The position numbers and the translations under genes are program-made. Under the pieces are notes generated by a model. It did no database searches and was not told the origin of the DNA. It was given only the letters and a program-made list of their open reading frames with translations. From NCBI GenBank assembly GCA_036502625.1, contig DASXYG010000032.1:1755-65754 (forward strand): a stretch of 64,000 nucleotides of DNA. Reading direction: 5' to 3'. Source of the DNA: Streptosporangiaceae bacterium. Its GTDB lineage: Bacteria; Actinomycetota; Actinomycetes; Streptosporangiales; Streptosporangiaceae. Shown here piece after piece: positions 35,001 to 45,077 of this stretch. Numbering within the stretch: the first letter of the stretch is position 1; each line of letters opens with the position of its first letter.

Positions 35001-36398
35001 GTGACCACCACCGAACCCGACCGCGGCACGGCCGAGGACCGGCGCCTCAGCCTCGGCACGTCCGCGGCGCGGAAGCTGGCCACGACCACCAAGTCCGTCC
35101 CCCAGATGCAGGGCATCACGCCGCGCTGGCTGCTGCGCCGCCTGCCGTGGGTGGACGTGCCCGGCGGCGCGTACCGGGTGAACCGGCGGCTGACGTACAC
35201 GGTCGGCGACGGCCGGATCACGTTCCTCAACGACGGCGCGCGGGTCCGCGTCGTACCGCAGGAGCTGCGGGAGCTTGCGCTGCTGCGGGACTTCGCCGAC
35301 GAGGAGGTGCTGACCGCGCTCGCCGGGCGGTTCACGCAGCGGGAGTACCCGCCGGGCGAGGTGATCGTCGAGGCGGGGCGGCCGGCCGAGGAGGTCGTGC
35401 TGATGGCGCACGGCAAGGCCGACCGGCTCACCGCAGGCGCGTACGGCGACCCGGCGGTGCTGGGCAGCGTCACCGACGGCGGCCACGTCGGCGGGCAGGT
35501 GCTGTCCGGCGAGGTCACGCCGTGGGGGTTCACGCTCCGCGCGGCCACGCCGTGCACGGTGCTGGTGCTGCCGCTCGCCGAGTTCCAGCGGATGCCGGGC
35601 GCGGACGGGCTGCGCGCGCACATCCGCGCCGAGCTGGCGAAGCCGCGCGCCTCGCAGACGCGGCACGGCGAGGCGTCCATCGAGCTGGCGTCCGGCCACG
35701 ACGGCGAACCCGACCTGCCGGGCACGTTCGCCGACTACGAGTCCGCGCCGCGCGAGTACGAGCTGTCCGTGGCGCAGACCGTCCTGCGGGTGCACTCCCG
35801 CGTGGCGGACCTGTACAGCGAGCCGATGGACCAGGTCGAGCACCAGCTCCGCTTGACGATCGAGGCGCTGCGCGAACGCGAGGAGTACGAGCTCGTCAAC
35901 AACACCGACTTCGGCCTGCTGCACAACGCCGACCTCGGGCAGCGCATCCCGACCCGTACCGGCCCGCCCACACCCGACGACCTCGACGAACTGCTCTGCC
36001 GCCGCCGCGGCTCCCGGCTGTTCCTGGCGCACCCGAAGGCCATCGCCGCGTTCGGCCGCGCCTGCAGCGGCCGGGGCGTCTACCCGGCGACGACGACGGT
36101 CGACGGCGCCGCGGTGCCGGCCTGGCGCGGCGTGCCGATCTTCCCGTGCGACAAGATCCCGATCACCGATCGCGGCACGACGTCCATCCTGGTCATGCGC
36201 ACCGGCGAGGACGACCAGGGTGTGATCGGCCTGACCAGGACCGGCATCCCGGACGAGCAGCGCCCCGGCCTGTCGGCCCGGTTCAGCGGCGTCACCGACC
36301 AGGCGCTCCTGGAGTACCTGGTGACCGCGTACTACTCGGCGGCGATCCTGGTCCCCGACGCGCTCGGCGTCCTGGAGAACGTCGAGATCACCGCTTGA
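35001..36398 (+). CDS. Family 2B encapsulin shell protein (EshA-like), copy 2
   Basis: The GTG start lies 4 nt after the copy 1 stop. The same motif set is present: [102 protein letters not shown] and [14 protein letters not shown]. Confidence 0.85.
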   Translation: MTTTEPDRGTAEDRRLSLGTSAARKLATTTKSVPQMQGITPRWLLRRLPWVDVPGGAYRVNRRLTYTVGDGRITFLNDGARVRVVPQELRELALLRDFADEEVLTALAGRFTQREYPPGEVIVEAGRPAEEVVLMAHGKADRLTAGAYGDPAVLGSVTDGGHVGGQVLSGEVTPWGFTLRAATPCTVLVLPLAEFQRMPGADGLRAHIRAELAKPRASQTRHGEASIELASGHDGEPDLPGTFADYESAPREYELSVAQTVLRVHSRVADLYSEPMDQVEHQLRLTIEALREREEYELVNNTDFGLLHNADLGQRIPTRTGPPTPDDLDELLCRRRGSRLFLAHPKAIAAFGRACSGRGVYPATTTVDGAAVPAWRGVPIFPCDKIPITDRGTTSILVMRTGEDDQGVIGLTRTGIPDEQRPGLSARFSGVTDQALLEYLVTAYYSAAILVPDALGVLENVEITA

Positions 36399-37587
36399 CG
36401 GTCGTCCACAGCGCGCGGAAGCCGCGCACGGTGGGCGAACGGGTCCGGGTCGTGCGGGCGGGGTCGATCGCGTAGTCGGTGACGCGGGACGCCAGCTCGG
36501 TCAGCGCGATCCGGGCCTCCATGCGGGCCAGCGGCGCGCCCAGGCAGAAGTGCCGGCCGTTGCCGAACGGCACGAAGCCGGACCGGTCCCGGTCGAGGTC
36601 GAAGCGGTCCGGGTCGGGGAAGACATCGCCGTCGCGGTTGGCGGCGCCGACGAGGAGGAGGATCCGCGCCCCGGCGGGGAGACGGACGCCGTGCAGGTCC
36701 GTCCCCCCGGTGAGGGTGCGGGCCATGCTCTGCGCGGGCGAGTCGTAGCGGAGGGTCTCCTCGACCCAGTCGCCGACCCGCCCGCCGAGCACCTCGGCGC
36801 GTACGGCGGGGTCGCGTCCGGCGGCGTGCCACGCGTTGCCGATCAGGTGGGTGGTGGTCTCGTTGCCGGCGCCGATCAGCAGCGACAGCACGGCGGTGAT
36901 CTCCTCGTCGCCGAGCCGGTCGTCGGCGTCCGCGGCCTCGATCAGCGCGGACGTCAGGTCGTCCGGGCGGGTGCGGGACGAGCGCCGGGCGACGACGTGC
37001 TCGTGCAGGTACGTCAGCAGCCGGATGCCCGCCTGCGCCCCGTCCGGCGTGATGTCGTGCACGGCGTCCGACCGCGTGGTCACCCGGTTGATCAGCCCGC
37101 TGAGCTCGGCGCGGTCGCCCTCGGGCACCCCCGCCAGCTCGCTGATCACGTCCGCGGGCACCCGCGCCGCGAAGTCCGCCACCAGGTCGAACGTGCCCGC
37201 CTGGAGCGCGGCGTCGGCGTGCCGCGCGGCGATGCGCCGGATGCGCGGCGCCAGCTCGTTGACCCGCCGCTGCGTGAACGCCCGCGCCACCAGCCCGCGC
37301 GTACGCGTGTGCTCCGGCGGATCCATCGCGACGAACGACATATGCCGAGCCGCCTTGGGCCCCCACGACATCGGATCAAGAAACGGCCCGTTCCCACTGG
37401 AGAACAGCTCACTGTCCCGAAACGCGCCGAGCACGTCCGAGTGCCGCGAGAACGCCCAGAAGTCCTGCTCCTCGTTCCGATAAACCGGCACCTCGTCCCG
37501 CATCCGCGCGTAAGTCGGATACGGGTCTTCGTGCACCGCATGGTCATACAGGCTGAACCCAACACCCACCATGCCCCCGAGCATCAC
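36388..37587 (-). CDS. Cytochrome P450, co-directional with and 36 nt downstream of desD
   Basis: [14 protein letters not shown] (heme Cys loop), AGNETT (I-helix) and ETLRY (ExxR). Its 3' end overlaps encapsulin copy 2 by 11 nt in convergent orientation. Confidence 0.9.
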   Translation of the reverse strand: MMLGGMVGVGFSLYDHAVHEDPYPTYARMRDEVPVYRNEEQDFWAFSRHSDVLGAFRDSELFSSGNGPFLDPMSWGPKAARHMSFVAMDPPEHTRTRGLVARAFTQRRVNELAPRIRRIAARHADAALQAGTFDLVADFAARVPADVISELAGVPEGDRAELSGLINRVTTRSDAVHDITPDGAQAGIRLLTYLHEHVVARRSSRTRPDDLTSALIEAADADDRLGDEEITAVLSLLIGAGNETTTHLIGNAWHAAGRDPAVRAEVLGGRVGDWVEETLRYDSPAQSMARTLTGGTDLHGVRLPAGARILLLVGAANRDGDVFPDPDRFDLDRDRSGFVPFGNGRHFCLGAPLARMEARIALTELASRVTDYAIDPARTTRTRSPTVRGFRALWTTVKR

Positions 37588-37623
37588 CCGCCGAACGGCC
37601 CGTGGGAACCCCCGGAGGGCCTC

Positions 37624-39423
37624 TCAGCCCGCGGCGAGCGGGTTCGGGAGGGTGCCGGCGAGGTTGAGGGCGCTTGACGGGTCGTCCAGGTTCACCATTT
37701 CCTGGTTGTTTCTCAATTGGAGGCGGTTGAGGCAGGAGAGGGGGAAGCTCGGGGTGAAGAGGTTGTGTCTCTCGAAGCGGGTGGAGAAATTGGGGTGGGA
37801 CTCTTGGTAGGCGTGGACGCAGGTCGCTACTGTGCGCCAGAAATCGGGTTCGGGGATTGTTTCTGAGGTGTCGAGAATGGCGCTGAGGAAGCGGAAGACG
37901 CAGTCGAAGACGTCCGTGAGGATGGACAGGGGCTTCAGGTGGTCGGGGACGTGGGCGCGGATGCGTTCCACCTCGGGGGGCAGCGGGGTGTCGGGGCCGA
38001 GGACGGCTATCTCCTCGCCGATGTCCTTGAAGACGGCGCGTACGGGGGCGCCGGACTCGTCCAAAACGAGGATGACGTTCTCGCCGTGCGGCATGAAGAC
38101 CAGGTCGTACGCGTAGAAGCAGTGCAATAGCGGGGTGAGGTACGCGTCCAGGTAGCGGCGCAGCCACACATCCGGCGGCAGGCCGGAGCCGGCGATCAGC
38201 TCGGCGGCCAGCGAGCGGCCGTCCGCGTCGACGTGCAGGAGCGCGGCCATCGTCGTCAGCCGCTCGCCGTCGCGCAGCCGCGGCACCGGGCTCTCCCGCC
38301 ACAGCGCGGCCAGCATCTTCCGGTACGGCGAGCCCTTCGCGGTCGCCGCCTCGTACTGCTCGGCGTGGTAGCCGACGGCCGCGCGCTCCCGCAGCACCGC
38401 CAGTCCCGTACGGGCCAGCACCGGGTCGGCGGCGACCAGTCCGGCCAGCCAGTCGTTGATGGCGGGTGTGGCGCGCATGTACTCCGCCGACAGGCCGCGC
38501 ATGAACCCCATGTTCAGCACCGACAGCGCCGTCTTGACGTAGTGCCGGTGCGGGGCGGCGGTGTTGAAGAACGTGCGGATCGACTGCTGCGCCTGGTACG
38601 TGTCGTCGCCCGGCCCCAGGTGGACGAGGTTGCGCCGGGCGATCTCCCCGGCGAACGTCACCGCCAGCTTGTTCCGCCACTGCCACGGGTGCACCGGGAT
38701 GAGGTGGACGTCGTCCAGCCCCAGGCCCACGTCGCCGAGTACGGCGGCGAACCGGCGCAGCGTGGCCGGGTCGAGCTCGCCCTCGACCAGCGCCGCGTAG
38801 TCGAGGTCGGCCGACGACGTGAACGTGGACCGGTCGCGCCGCGTGGCCAGCCAGACCAGCCGTACGGGCGCACCGGCCTCCGGCGCGTACGCGCGGTACT
38901 CCTCGGCGTCGAACCCGAGCCGCCCGCTGTTCGCCACGAAGCACGGGTGGCCCTCGGTCATGGCCGCCTCGATCGTCTGGAACGGGGCGCGCGCCAGCTC
39001 GGCGGCCGACCGGCCCGTACGGGACAGCTTGTACGCGGACGACGCGAGCGTGCTGGCGATCTCCTCCAGGTAGACGGGCAGCACGTCGCCGGACAGGCCG
39101 AGCGCGCCGCGCAGGTCGAGGATCAGGTCGAGCGCGTCCAGGCCGGGGGAGGCCGCCCCGTCCACCACGCGCACGACGGACCCGGCGTCGACCGCCCAGT
39201 GCTCCAGCGCCATCAGCCGCGCGGCGAAGCGGTACTCCACGGACGGGTCGTCGCAGGTGACGGCGTACGTACCGGGGTCGAGCGGACGCGGTACGACCAG
39301 CCGCTCGTGCGCGAACTCCGCGAGCGCCTTGCGCACGAGCAGCCGGTTGGCCCGCGCCCACAGCTCCGGCGTCAGGTGGCCGACCGCGTCGGCAACGGGC
39401 GTCACGACATCCGCCGCGGTCAT
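37624..39423 (-). CDS. desD: IucA/IucC-family NIS siderophore synthetase (desferrioxamine synthetase)
   Basis: GHPCFVANSGRLGF, IPVHPWQW, QQSIRTFFN, KTALSVLNMGFMRGL and HGENVILVL. ATG at 39423 is in frame with track ORF 37624-39897. Confidence 0.9.
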   Translation of the reverse strand: MTAADVVTPVADAVGHLTPELWARANRLLVRKALAEFAHERLVVPRPLDPGTYAVTCDDPSVEYRFAARLMALEHWAVDAGSVVRVVDGAASPGLDALDLILDLRGALGLSGDVLPVYLEEIASTLASSAYKLSRTGRSAAELARAPFQTIEAAMTEGHPCFVANSGRLGFDAEEYRAYAPEAGAPVRLVWLATRRDRSTFTSSADLDYAALVEGELDPATLRRFAAVLGDVGLGLDDVHLIPVHPWQWRNKLAVTFAGEIARRNLVHLGPGDDTYQAQQSIRTFFNTAAPHRHYVKTALSVLNMGFMRGLSAEYMRATPAINDWLAGLVAADPVLARTGLAVLRERAAVGYHAEQYEAATAKGSPYRKMLAALWRESPVPRLRDGERLTTMAALLHVDADGRSLAAELIAGSGLPPDVWLRRYLDAYLTPLLHCFYAYDLVFMPHGENVILVLDESGAPVRAVFKDIGEEIAVLGPDTPLPPEVERIRAHVPDHLKPLSILTDVFDCVFRFLSAILDTSETIPEPDFWRTVATCVHAYQESHPNFSTRFERHNLFTPSFPLSCLNRLQLRNNQEMVNLDDPSSALNLAGTLPNPLAAG

Positions 39424-39986
39424 CGGACGGCCTCCTTCGCACGGGCCGCCGCGTACGCCGCGCGGGTGCAGACGCTCAGGTACGCGGACTTGCCCGGCAG
39501 CTCGACGGTGTCCTCGATCGTGAAGCCCATCTCGGCGTTGCGCCGGTGGACGGCCGTGTTGCGCACGTCCGGCTCCGCCACGACCCGCCGCACGCCCGGG
39601 TCGGCGAAGATCATGTCGAGCACGGTGGCCAGCACCGCGGACGTGAACCCGTGCACCGGCCGGGCCGACGGCGCGACCAGGAAGTGCATGCCCGCGTCGC
39701 CCGGCTCGGCGGCGTAGACGTGGCCCAGCTCGGCCGCGGGGTCGTACCGCTCGGCCAGGAACGCCGGGCGGCCGTCGTGCAGGCCCAGGTACGCGGCGTG
39801 CCCCGGCGACGCCGCGACCCTCGCGAACTCGGCCTCGACCTCGGCGCGGCCCGCCCCGCCCATCATCCAGAACACCGACTTCGGGTGGGTGAGCCACGCG
39901 TGCAGCAGCGGCGCGTCGCCGGCCGGGTCGACCGTGCGCAGCGCGAACGTGCCGAGCGCGGACGTACGGGTGAAGACCGTCGCCAT
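39420..39986 (-). CDS. desC: IucB-type N-hydroxycadaverine acyltransferase (GNAT-like)
   Basis: FALRTVDPAGDAPLLHAWLTHPKSVFWMM, GMHFLVAP and RRVVAEPDVRNTAVHRRNAEMGF. The start overlaps the desB stop. Confidence 0.85.
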   Translation of the reverse strand: MATVFTRTSALGTFALRTVDPAGDAPLLHAWLTHPKSVFWMMGGAGRAEVEAEFARVAASPGHAAYLGLHDGRPAFLAERYDPAAELGHVYAAEPGDAGMHFLVAPSARPVHGFTSAVLATVLDMIFADPGVRRVVAEPDVRNTAVHRRNAEMGFTIEDTVELPGKSAYLSVCTRAAYAAARAKEAVR

Positions 39987-41287
39987 CACGCCACCTCGTC
40001 CCGTACGCGCGCGTCCGCTTCCGGTACGCCGAACTCCTGGAACGCGATCGACCGTTCGACCGGGTAGTACTCCCGGCCGAGCAGCCCGCGGATGACGCAC
40101 GCGTTGCGGTACGCCGCCATGCCGAGGTCCGGCGCGGCGAAGCCGTGCGTGTGCAGCTCCGCGTTCTGCACGTAGATCCCGCGGCCGGTCACGTCCACGC
40201 TGTAGTCGCGGCGTACGGCGAACCGGCCCGCGTCGTCCCAGACGATCCGGTCGCGGACCGGCGCGAGGAAGTCCGGCACGCGGTAGCGGTAGCCGGTGGC
40301 CAGCACCAGGCCGTCGGTGGCGAACCGGTGCTCGCGGTCCTGCTCGTACTGGCGCAGCCGCAGGTCGTACCCGGTGCCGTCCTGCCGCGCGGCGACGACC
40401 TCGGTGTTGGTCATCAGCCGCACCTGCGGCGCCTCGGTGCGGCCGCGCTCGTACAGCAGGTCGAAGATCGCGTTGATCAGGTCGCCGTTGATGCCCTTGT
40501 ACAGGCCCTTCTGCGCGGCGCCGAGCCGGTCGCGGGTGGCCGGCGGCAGCCCGTGGAAGTAGTCGATGTACTCCGGCGACGTCATCTCCAGCGTGAGCTT
40601 GGTGTACTCCAGCGGGAAGTACCGCGGCGAGCGGGTGATCCAGGCCAGCTCGTAGCCGCCGTCCGGCTGGCCCGAGAGCAGGTCGTACACGATCTCCGCG
40701 GCGCTCTGGCCGCTGCCCACCACCGTGATCCGCCGCCGTTTCCGCAGCTCGTCGCGGTGGTCGAGGTAGCGGGACGCGTGCACGGCGCCGTCGAGGCCGC
40801 GGCAGGCCTCCGGCACGTACGGCGGCGTCCCGGTGCCGAGCACCAGCTTCCGCGCCCGGTACGCCACCTCGCGCCCGTCGTGGCCGGCGCGCACGACGTA
40901 GACGCCGGCGGACGCGTCGTACTCGACGGCCGTGACGTCGTGGCGGAACCGTACGGACGGCAGCCGCCCGACGGCCCACCGGCAGTAGTCGTCGAACTCG
41001 GCGCGCAGCGGGTAGAAGCTCTCGCGGATGTAGAACGGGTACAGTCGGCCGCGTTCCTTCAGGTAGTTCAGGAACGAGAACGGCGACGTCGGGTCGGCGA
41101 GCGTGACCAGGTCGGACAGGAACGGCGTCTGCAAAGTGCTGCCGTCGAGCAGCATGCCGGGGTGCCAGGAGAAGTCCGGGCCGCGTTCCAGGAACAGGCC
41201 GTCGAGCCCCTCGATCGGGTCGGTGAGGCAGGCGAGGCCGAGGTTGAACGGCCCGAGGCCGATGGCGATGAAGTCGTACGTGGGCAT
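39986..41287 (-). CDS. desB: Cadaverine/lysine N-hydroxylase (IucD family flavin monooxygenase)
   Basis: [41 protein letters not shown] and [16 protein letters not shown] at 41287 follows GAGAGGAGG. Confidence 0.9.
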   Translation of the reverse strand: MPTYDFIAIGLGPFNLGLACLTDPIEGLDGLFLERGPDFSWHPGMLLDGSTLQTPFLSDLVTLADPTSPFSFLNYLKERGRLYPFYIRESFYPLRAEFDDYCRWAVGRLPSVRFRHDVTAVEYDASAGVYVVRAGHDGREVAYRARKLVLGTGTPPYVPEACRGLDGAVHASRYLDHRDELRKRRRITVVGSGQSAAEIVYDLLSGQPDGGYELAWITRSPRYFPLEYTKLTLEMTSPEYIDYFHGLPPATRDRLGAAQKGLYKGINGDLINAIFDLLYERGRTEAPQVRLMTNTEVVAARQDGTGYDLRLRQYEQDREHRFATDGLVLATGYRYRVPDFLAPVRDRIVWDDAGRFAVRRDYSVDVTGRGIYVQNAELHTHGFAAPDLGMAAYRNACVIRGLLGREYYPVERSIAFQEFGVPEADARVRDEVA

Positions 41288-41298
41288 GGCGCCTCCTC

Positions 41299-42759
41299 TC
41301 AGCTCGCGCGCGCCTCGGCGTACGCGCTGGTGTACGCGGACGCGTGGGCGTCGAGCAGGTCCAGGACCTCGGCGATGTCGCGCACCGTGGTCTCCGGGTT
41401 GAGCAGCGTGAACTTCAGGTAGTGGCGGCCGTCGACGACCGTGCCGGCGACCATGGCCGCGCCGGAGGCGAACAGCGCCTCGCGGGCGTGCAGGTTCGCG
41501 CCGTCGATCAGCTCGGGGTCGCCGGGGTCGGCGTCCGGCGGCGTGCACCGGAACACGAGCGTGCTCAGCGCCGGCCGGACGACCAGCTCGAACCGCTTGT
41601 CGTCGGCGAGCAGCCCGGCGGCGTCCTCGGCCAGGTCGACGACCGCGTCGAACAGCTCGCCGACGCCGGAGCCGCCCATGATCCGCAGCGTCATCCACAG
41701 TTTCAGCGCGTCGAAGCGGCGCGTGGTCTGCAACGACTTGTCGACCTGGTTCGGCACGCGCGCCGAGGCGTGCTCCGGGTTGAGGTAGTCGGCGTGGTAC
41801 GTGACGTGCCGCAGCGCCGCGCGGTCCCGTACGAGCACGGCGCTTGAGCTGACCGGCTGGAAGAACGACTTGTGGAAGTCGACCGTCACGGAGTCGGCGC
41901 GGTCGATGCCGTCGAGCAGGTGGCGGCGGCGCGAGACCAGCAGCCCGCATCCGTACGCGGCGTCCGCGTGCAGCCAGGTGCCGGTGCGCGCGCAGATGTC
42001 GGCGATCTCCGGCAGCGGGTCGATGCTGCCGAAGTCGGTGGTCCCCGCGGTGGCGACCACCGCCATGGGGACGTCGCCCTCGGCGGCGCAGCGCTCGAGC
42101 GCGTGGGCCAGCGCGACGGCGCGCATCCGGCGGTCGGCGTCGTCGGGCACGCGGACCACGGCGTCCGCGGACAGGCCGAGCAGCCGCGCCGCCTTGACCA
42201 CGCTGAAGTGCGCGCACGGCGAGGCGAAGACGCGCAGGTCGGCGAGTGCGGCGCCGGCGGCGGTCGCCTCGTCGCGGGCGATCAGCAGCGCCTGGAGGTT
42301 GGACTGGGTGCCGCCGCTGGTGAACACGCCGTCGGCGGCCGGGCCGAGGCCGAGGCGCCCGGCCGTCCAGTCGATGAGCCGCCGTTCGATCAGCGTGCCG
42401 CCGACGCTCTGGTCCCAGGTGTCGACGGAGGAGTTGACCGCCGACAGCACGGCCTCGCCGACGACGGCCGGGATGACGACCGGGCAGTTGAGGTGGGCCA
42501 GGTAGCGCGGGTGGTGGAAGTAGACGGCGTCGTCGAGGTAGACGCGGTCGAGCTCGTCGAGCACGGCCGCGGTGTCGCCGAGCGGCCGGTCGAGGTCGAC
42601 GCGGTCGACGACCGAGGCGAGCCGGTCGGCGCTGACGCCGGTGGCGGGCCGGTCGGTGCGCGCGAACCGGTCGGCCACGCGGTCGACCCCGGCGGCGACG
42701 AGCCGCCGGTACTGGTCCACGGTCCGGTCGTTGAGCAGGTGCGACCTGCTGTCGGGCAC
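41299..42759 (-). CDS. desA: PLP-dependent lysine decarboxylase (group II decarboxylase)
   Basis: [29 protein letters not shown] and DFHKSFFQP (PLP Lys). Confidence 0.9.
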   Translation of the reverse strand: MPDSRSHLLNDRTVDQYRRLVAAGVDRVADRFARTDRPATGVSADRLASVVDRVDLDRPLGDTAAVLDELDRVYLDDAVYFHHPRYLAHLNCPVVIPAVVGEAVLSAVNSSVDTWDQSVGGTLIERRLIDWTAGRLGLGPAADGVFTSGGTQSNLQALLIARDEATAAGAALADLRVFASPCAHFSVVKAARLLGLSADAVVRVPDDADRRMRAVALAHALERCAAEGDVPMAVVATAGTTDFGSIDPLPEIADICARTGTWLHADAAYGCGLLVSRRRHLLDGIDRADSVTVDFHKSFFQPVSSSAVLVRDRAALRHVTYHADYLNPEHASARVPNQVDKSLQTTRRFDALKLWMTLRIMGGSGVGELFDAVVDLAEDAAGLLADDKRFELVVRPALSTLVFRCTPPDADPGDPELIDGANLHAREALFASGAAMVAGTVVDGRHYLKFTLLNPETTVRDIAEVLDLLDAHASAYTSAYAEARAS

Positions 42760-42811
42760 GTGTCTGTCCTCCTGAGCGGGTGGGATGCGGGTGCGGGTAC
42801 GGCGGGACGGG

Positions 42812-43837
42812 TCAGCGGACCTTGCGCGCGGAGCGCAGCGCCTTGGCCAGCGATTCGATGAACGGCGCGCAGCCGGCGTAGGAGTACCGCGGCTCGCTCA
42901 GCCACGGGGTGATCTGGCCGGCCTTGACGGCGGGCAGCCCCTGCCAGGTGGGCTTGCCGGTGAGCTGCTTCGGCTGGAGCGCCTGCGTACGGCTGTCCAG
43001 CAGGATCAGGTCGGCACCGTACTTGTCGGCGTTCTCCCAGCTCAGGGCCTCGAAGAAGCCCTGGGAGTCGGCCTTGGGCACGACGAAGCGCACGCCGAGC
43101 CGCCGGTAGTAGGTGAGGTCGGGGTAGACCTTCGGGTCCGAGACGTACAGCGCGTCCGGGCTGGCCGAGGCCGCCATGACGGTGATGTCGGGGTTGGCCT
43201 TCGCGGCGGCGCGCAGCTCCTTGGTCGCCTTCTGGAAGCGGGTCTTGGCCGCGGCGACCGGCCCGGACTTCACGTCCGCGCCGAGCGAGGCGGCCAGCGC
43301 CTCGTACCGCTCGATCGGGTGGAGCAGCGGCACCCCCGCGACGGTCACGCCCACACTGGGCGCCACCTTCGCGATCTCGGCCGCCGACTTGTCCGGCACG
43401 TACCACAGCACGTTCTTCTGGAACATGTGCGTGACCAGCAGGTCCGGCCGCAGCTCGGCGTACTTCTCGACGTTGAACTCGCCGAACGTGCTGCCCAGCG
43501 ACGCCACCTTCCGGATATCGACGTCGCCGGCGAGCGGGTCGCGCCGGCCGTCGCCGCCCTTCGTCGGGCCGAACACGCCGACGATTTTGCCGCCGACGCC
43601 GAAGTCGGTGAGCGCGGCGGCGGTGCCGATGTAGGCGACCAGCCGTTTCGGCGCGGCGCCCCGGGCCACCCGCTTGCCGCGGTCGTCGGTGAACGCCCAG
43701 CTCCCGCCCCCGGAGGGTCGGCCGCTCGTACCGCCACCGCCCCCGCAGGCGGCGGCGAGCGCGCCGACCCCCGCGAGCCCGGCCGCGCCGAGCAGCCCCC
43801 GTCGCGAGATCCCTTCCACACCGGCCATTCCAGCCAC
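42812..43837 (-). CDS. desE: Ferric-siderophore ABC substrate-binding lipoprotein
   Basis: Tat-like RRGLLGAAGLAGVGALAAAC lipobox, with a periplasmic binding protein type 8 layout. ATG at 43828 is the more likely start, because the GAAGG spacing fits it better. Confidence 0.8.
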   Translation of the reverse strand: MAGMAGVEGISRRGLLGAAGLAGVGALAAACGGGGGTSGRPSGGGSWAFTDDRGKRVARGAAPKRLVAYIGTAAALTDFGVGGKIVGVFGPTKGGDGRRDPLAGDVDIRKVASLGSTFGEFNVEKYAELRPDLLVTHMFQKNVLWYVPDKSAAEIAKVAPSVGVTVAGVPLLHPIERYEALAASLGADVKSGPVAAAKTRFQKATKELRAAAKANPDITVMAASASPDALYVSDPKVYPDLTYYRRLGVRFVVPKADSQGFFEALSWENADKYGADLILLDSRTQALQPKQLTGKPTWQGLPAVKAGQITPWLSEPRYSYAGCAPFIESLAKALRSARKVR

Positions 43838-43867
43838 CCTTCGTGCCGATCAATCACGGACGGCGAC

Positions 43868-43886
43868 TTAGGTTAGCCTAACCATA
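43868..43886. promoter_or_regulatory. DtxR/IdeR/DmdR-type iron box
   Basis: TTAGGTTAGCCTAACCATA matches 17 of 19 positions of the consensus palindrome TTAGGTTAGCCTAACCTAA. It lies about 30-40 nt upstream of desE. Confidence 0.8.
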
Positions 43887-44018
43887 TCTACGGTTCGCAA
43901 GGGGGTGCGGGGGGCGAGCTATGTCACCGTCCCCGGCGGTTTTCTTAGAAGGCGTCCAAGAATTCGCGCCTAGCGTCCACGGTGCGGAACGTCACCGGAC
44001 GGGCGAGGAGGGGAGCGG

Positions 44019-45050
44019 ATGGCCGTGCGCATGGGCATCCACGCGGGCCTCGACCGCGTCGAGGACCCGGCCGAGCGGCTGGACGAGCTCGCGAACGTAC
44101 GGGAGTTCGAGCGGGTCGCGCGGTCGGTGCTGGATCCGGTCCGCTACGAGCGCGTCGCCGGGGGTGCGCGCGACGAGCGGACCGTACGGGAGAACGAGCG
44201 CGGGTTCGCGCGCATCGGCCTGGTGCCGCGGGTGCTGCGCGGCGTGCGCGAGCCCGCGCTCGGCGTCGACCTGCTCGGCACGCGCGGGTCGTGGCCGGTC
44301 GTGATCGCGCCGACGGCGTGCCATGGTCTCGCCCACCCCGACGCGGAGCGCGCCACCGCGCGCGCCGCCGCCGCGACCGGCACGATCATGATCGCCGCGG
44401 CGGCGTCCACGGTCGCCATCGAGGACATCGCAGCCGAGGCGCGCACCGTGGCGCCCGACCCGGCGCTGTGGTTCCAGCTCTGCCCGCAGCCCGACCACGG
44501 CCCCGCGGAGGCGGCCGTACGGCGGGCCGAGGACGCCGGGGTGCGCGCGTTCGTGCTGACCGTCGACGCCGACGCGGCGCCGGGCCTGTCCTGGCGGCAC
44601 GTCGACCGGCTGCGCGGCGCCACCGGCCTGCCGATCGTGCTCAAGGGGATCCTGCACCCCGACGACGCGCGGCTCGGCGTCGAGCACGGCGCGGACGGGC
44701 TCATCGTGTCCAACCACGGCGGCCGGGGCCTCGACGCCGCGCCGCCCACGATCGACCGGCTCCCGCCGCTCGCGGACGCGGTCGCCGGACGGATTCCGCT
44801 GCTGCTCGGCGGGGGCGTGCGGCGGGGCACCGACGTGGTCAAGGCGCTCGCGCTCGGGGCGAGCGCGGTGGCCGTCGGCCGTCCGGTGGTGTGGGGGCTG
44901 GCAACCGCGGGCGACGCCGGGGTGCGCCGGGTGCTGGACCTGCTGCGCACGGAGGTCGCGCACACGATGATCCTCTGCGGCTGCCCGGACGTCCGCGCCG
45001 TACCGCACGACCTGGCCGTGCCCGGGGCGATCGGAACCGCGCCATCCTGA
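44019..45050 (+). CDS. FMN-dependent alpha-hydroxy-acid oxidase/dehydrogenase family protein (atypically short variant)
   Basis: LPIVLKGI, LIVSNHGGRGLD, GGGVRRGTDVVKALALGA and VGRPVVWGL. A strong RBS, GAGGAGGGGAG, precedes the start. Confidence 0.8.
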   Translation: MAVRMGIHAGLDRVEDPAERLDELANVREFERVARSVLDPVRYERVAGGARDERTVRENERGFARIGLVPRVLRGVREPALGVDLLGTRGSWPVVIAPTACHGLAHPDAERATARAAAATGTIMIAAAASTVAIEDIAAEARTVAPDPALWFQLCPQPDHGPAEAAVRRAEDAGVRAFVLTVDADAAPGLSWRHVDRLRGATGLPIVLKGILHPDDARLGVEHGADGLIVSNHGGRGLDAAPPTIDRLPPLADAVAGRIPLLLGGGVRRGTDVVKALALGASAVAVGRPVVWGLATAGDAGVRRVLDLLRTEVAHTMILCGCPDVRAVPHDLAVPGAIGTAPS

Positions 45051-45077
45051 CGCCCGCGCTCTGGGATCCTGACGCCC

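Noticed and set aside
36388-37587. The adjacent P450 as the cargo of the encapsulin pair
   Set aside because: It is on the opposite strand and is contiguous with the des operon. It also lacks the long disordered N- or C-terminal extension expected of family 2 cargo. The possibility is kept as low-probability in the encapsulin finding.
42760-42811. A second iron box expected directly upstream of desA, as in the model des cluster
   Set aside because: I read both strands of the 52-nt desE-desA gap and found no TTAGGTTAG/CTAACCTAA-like half-site.
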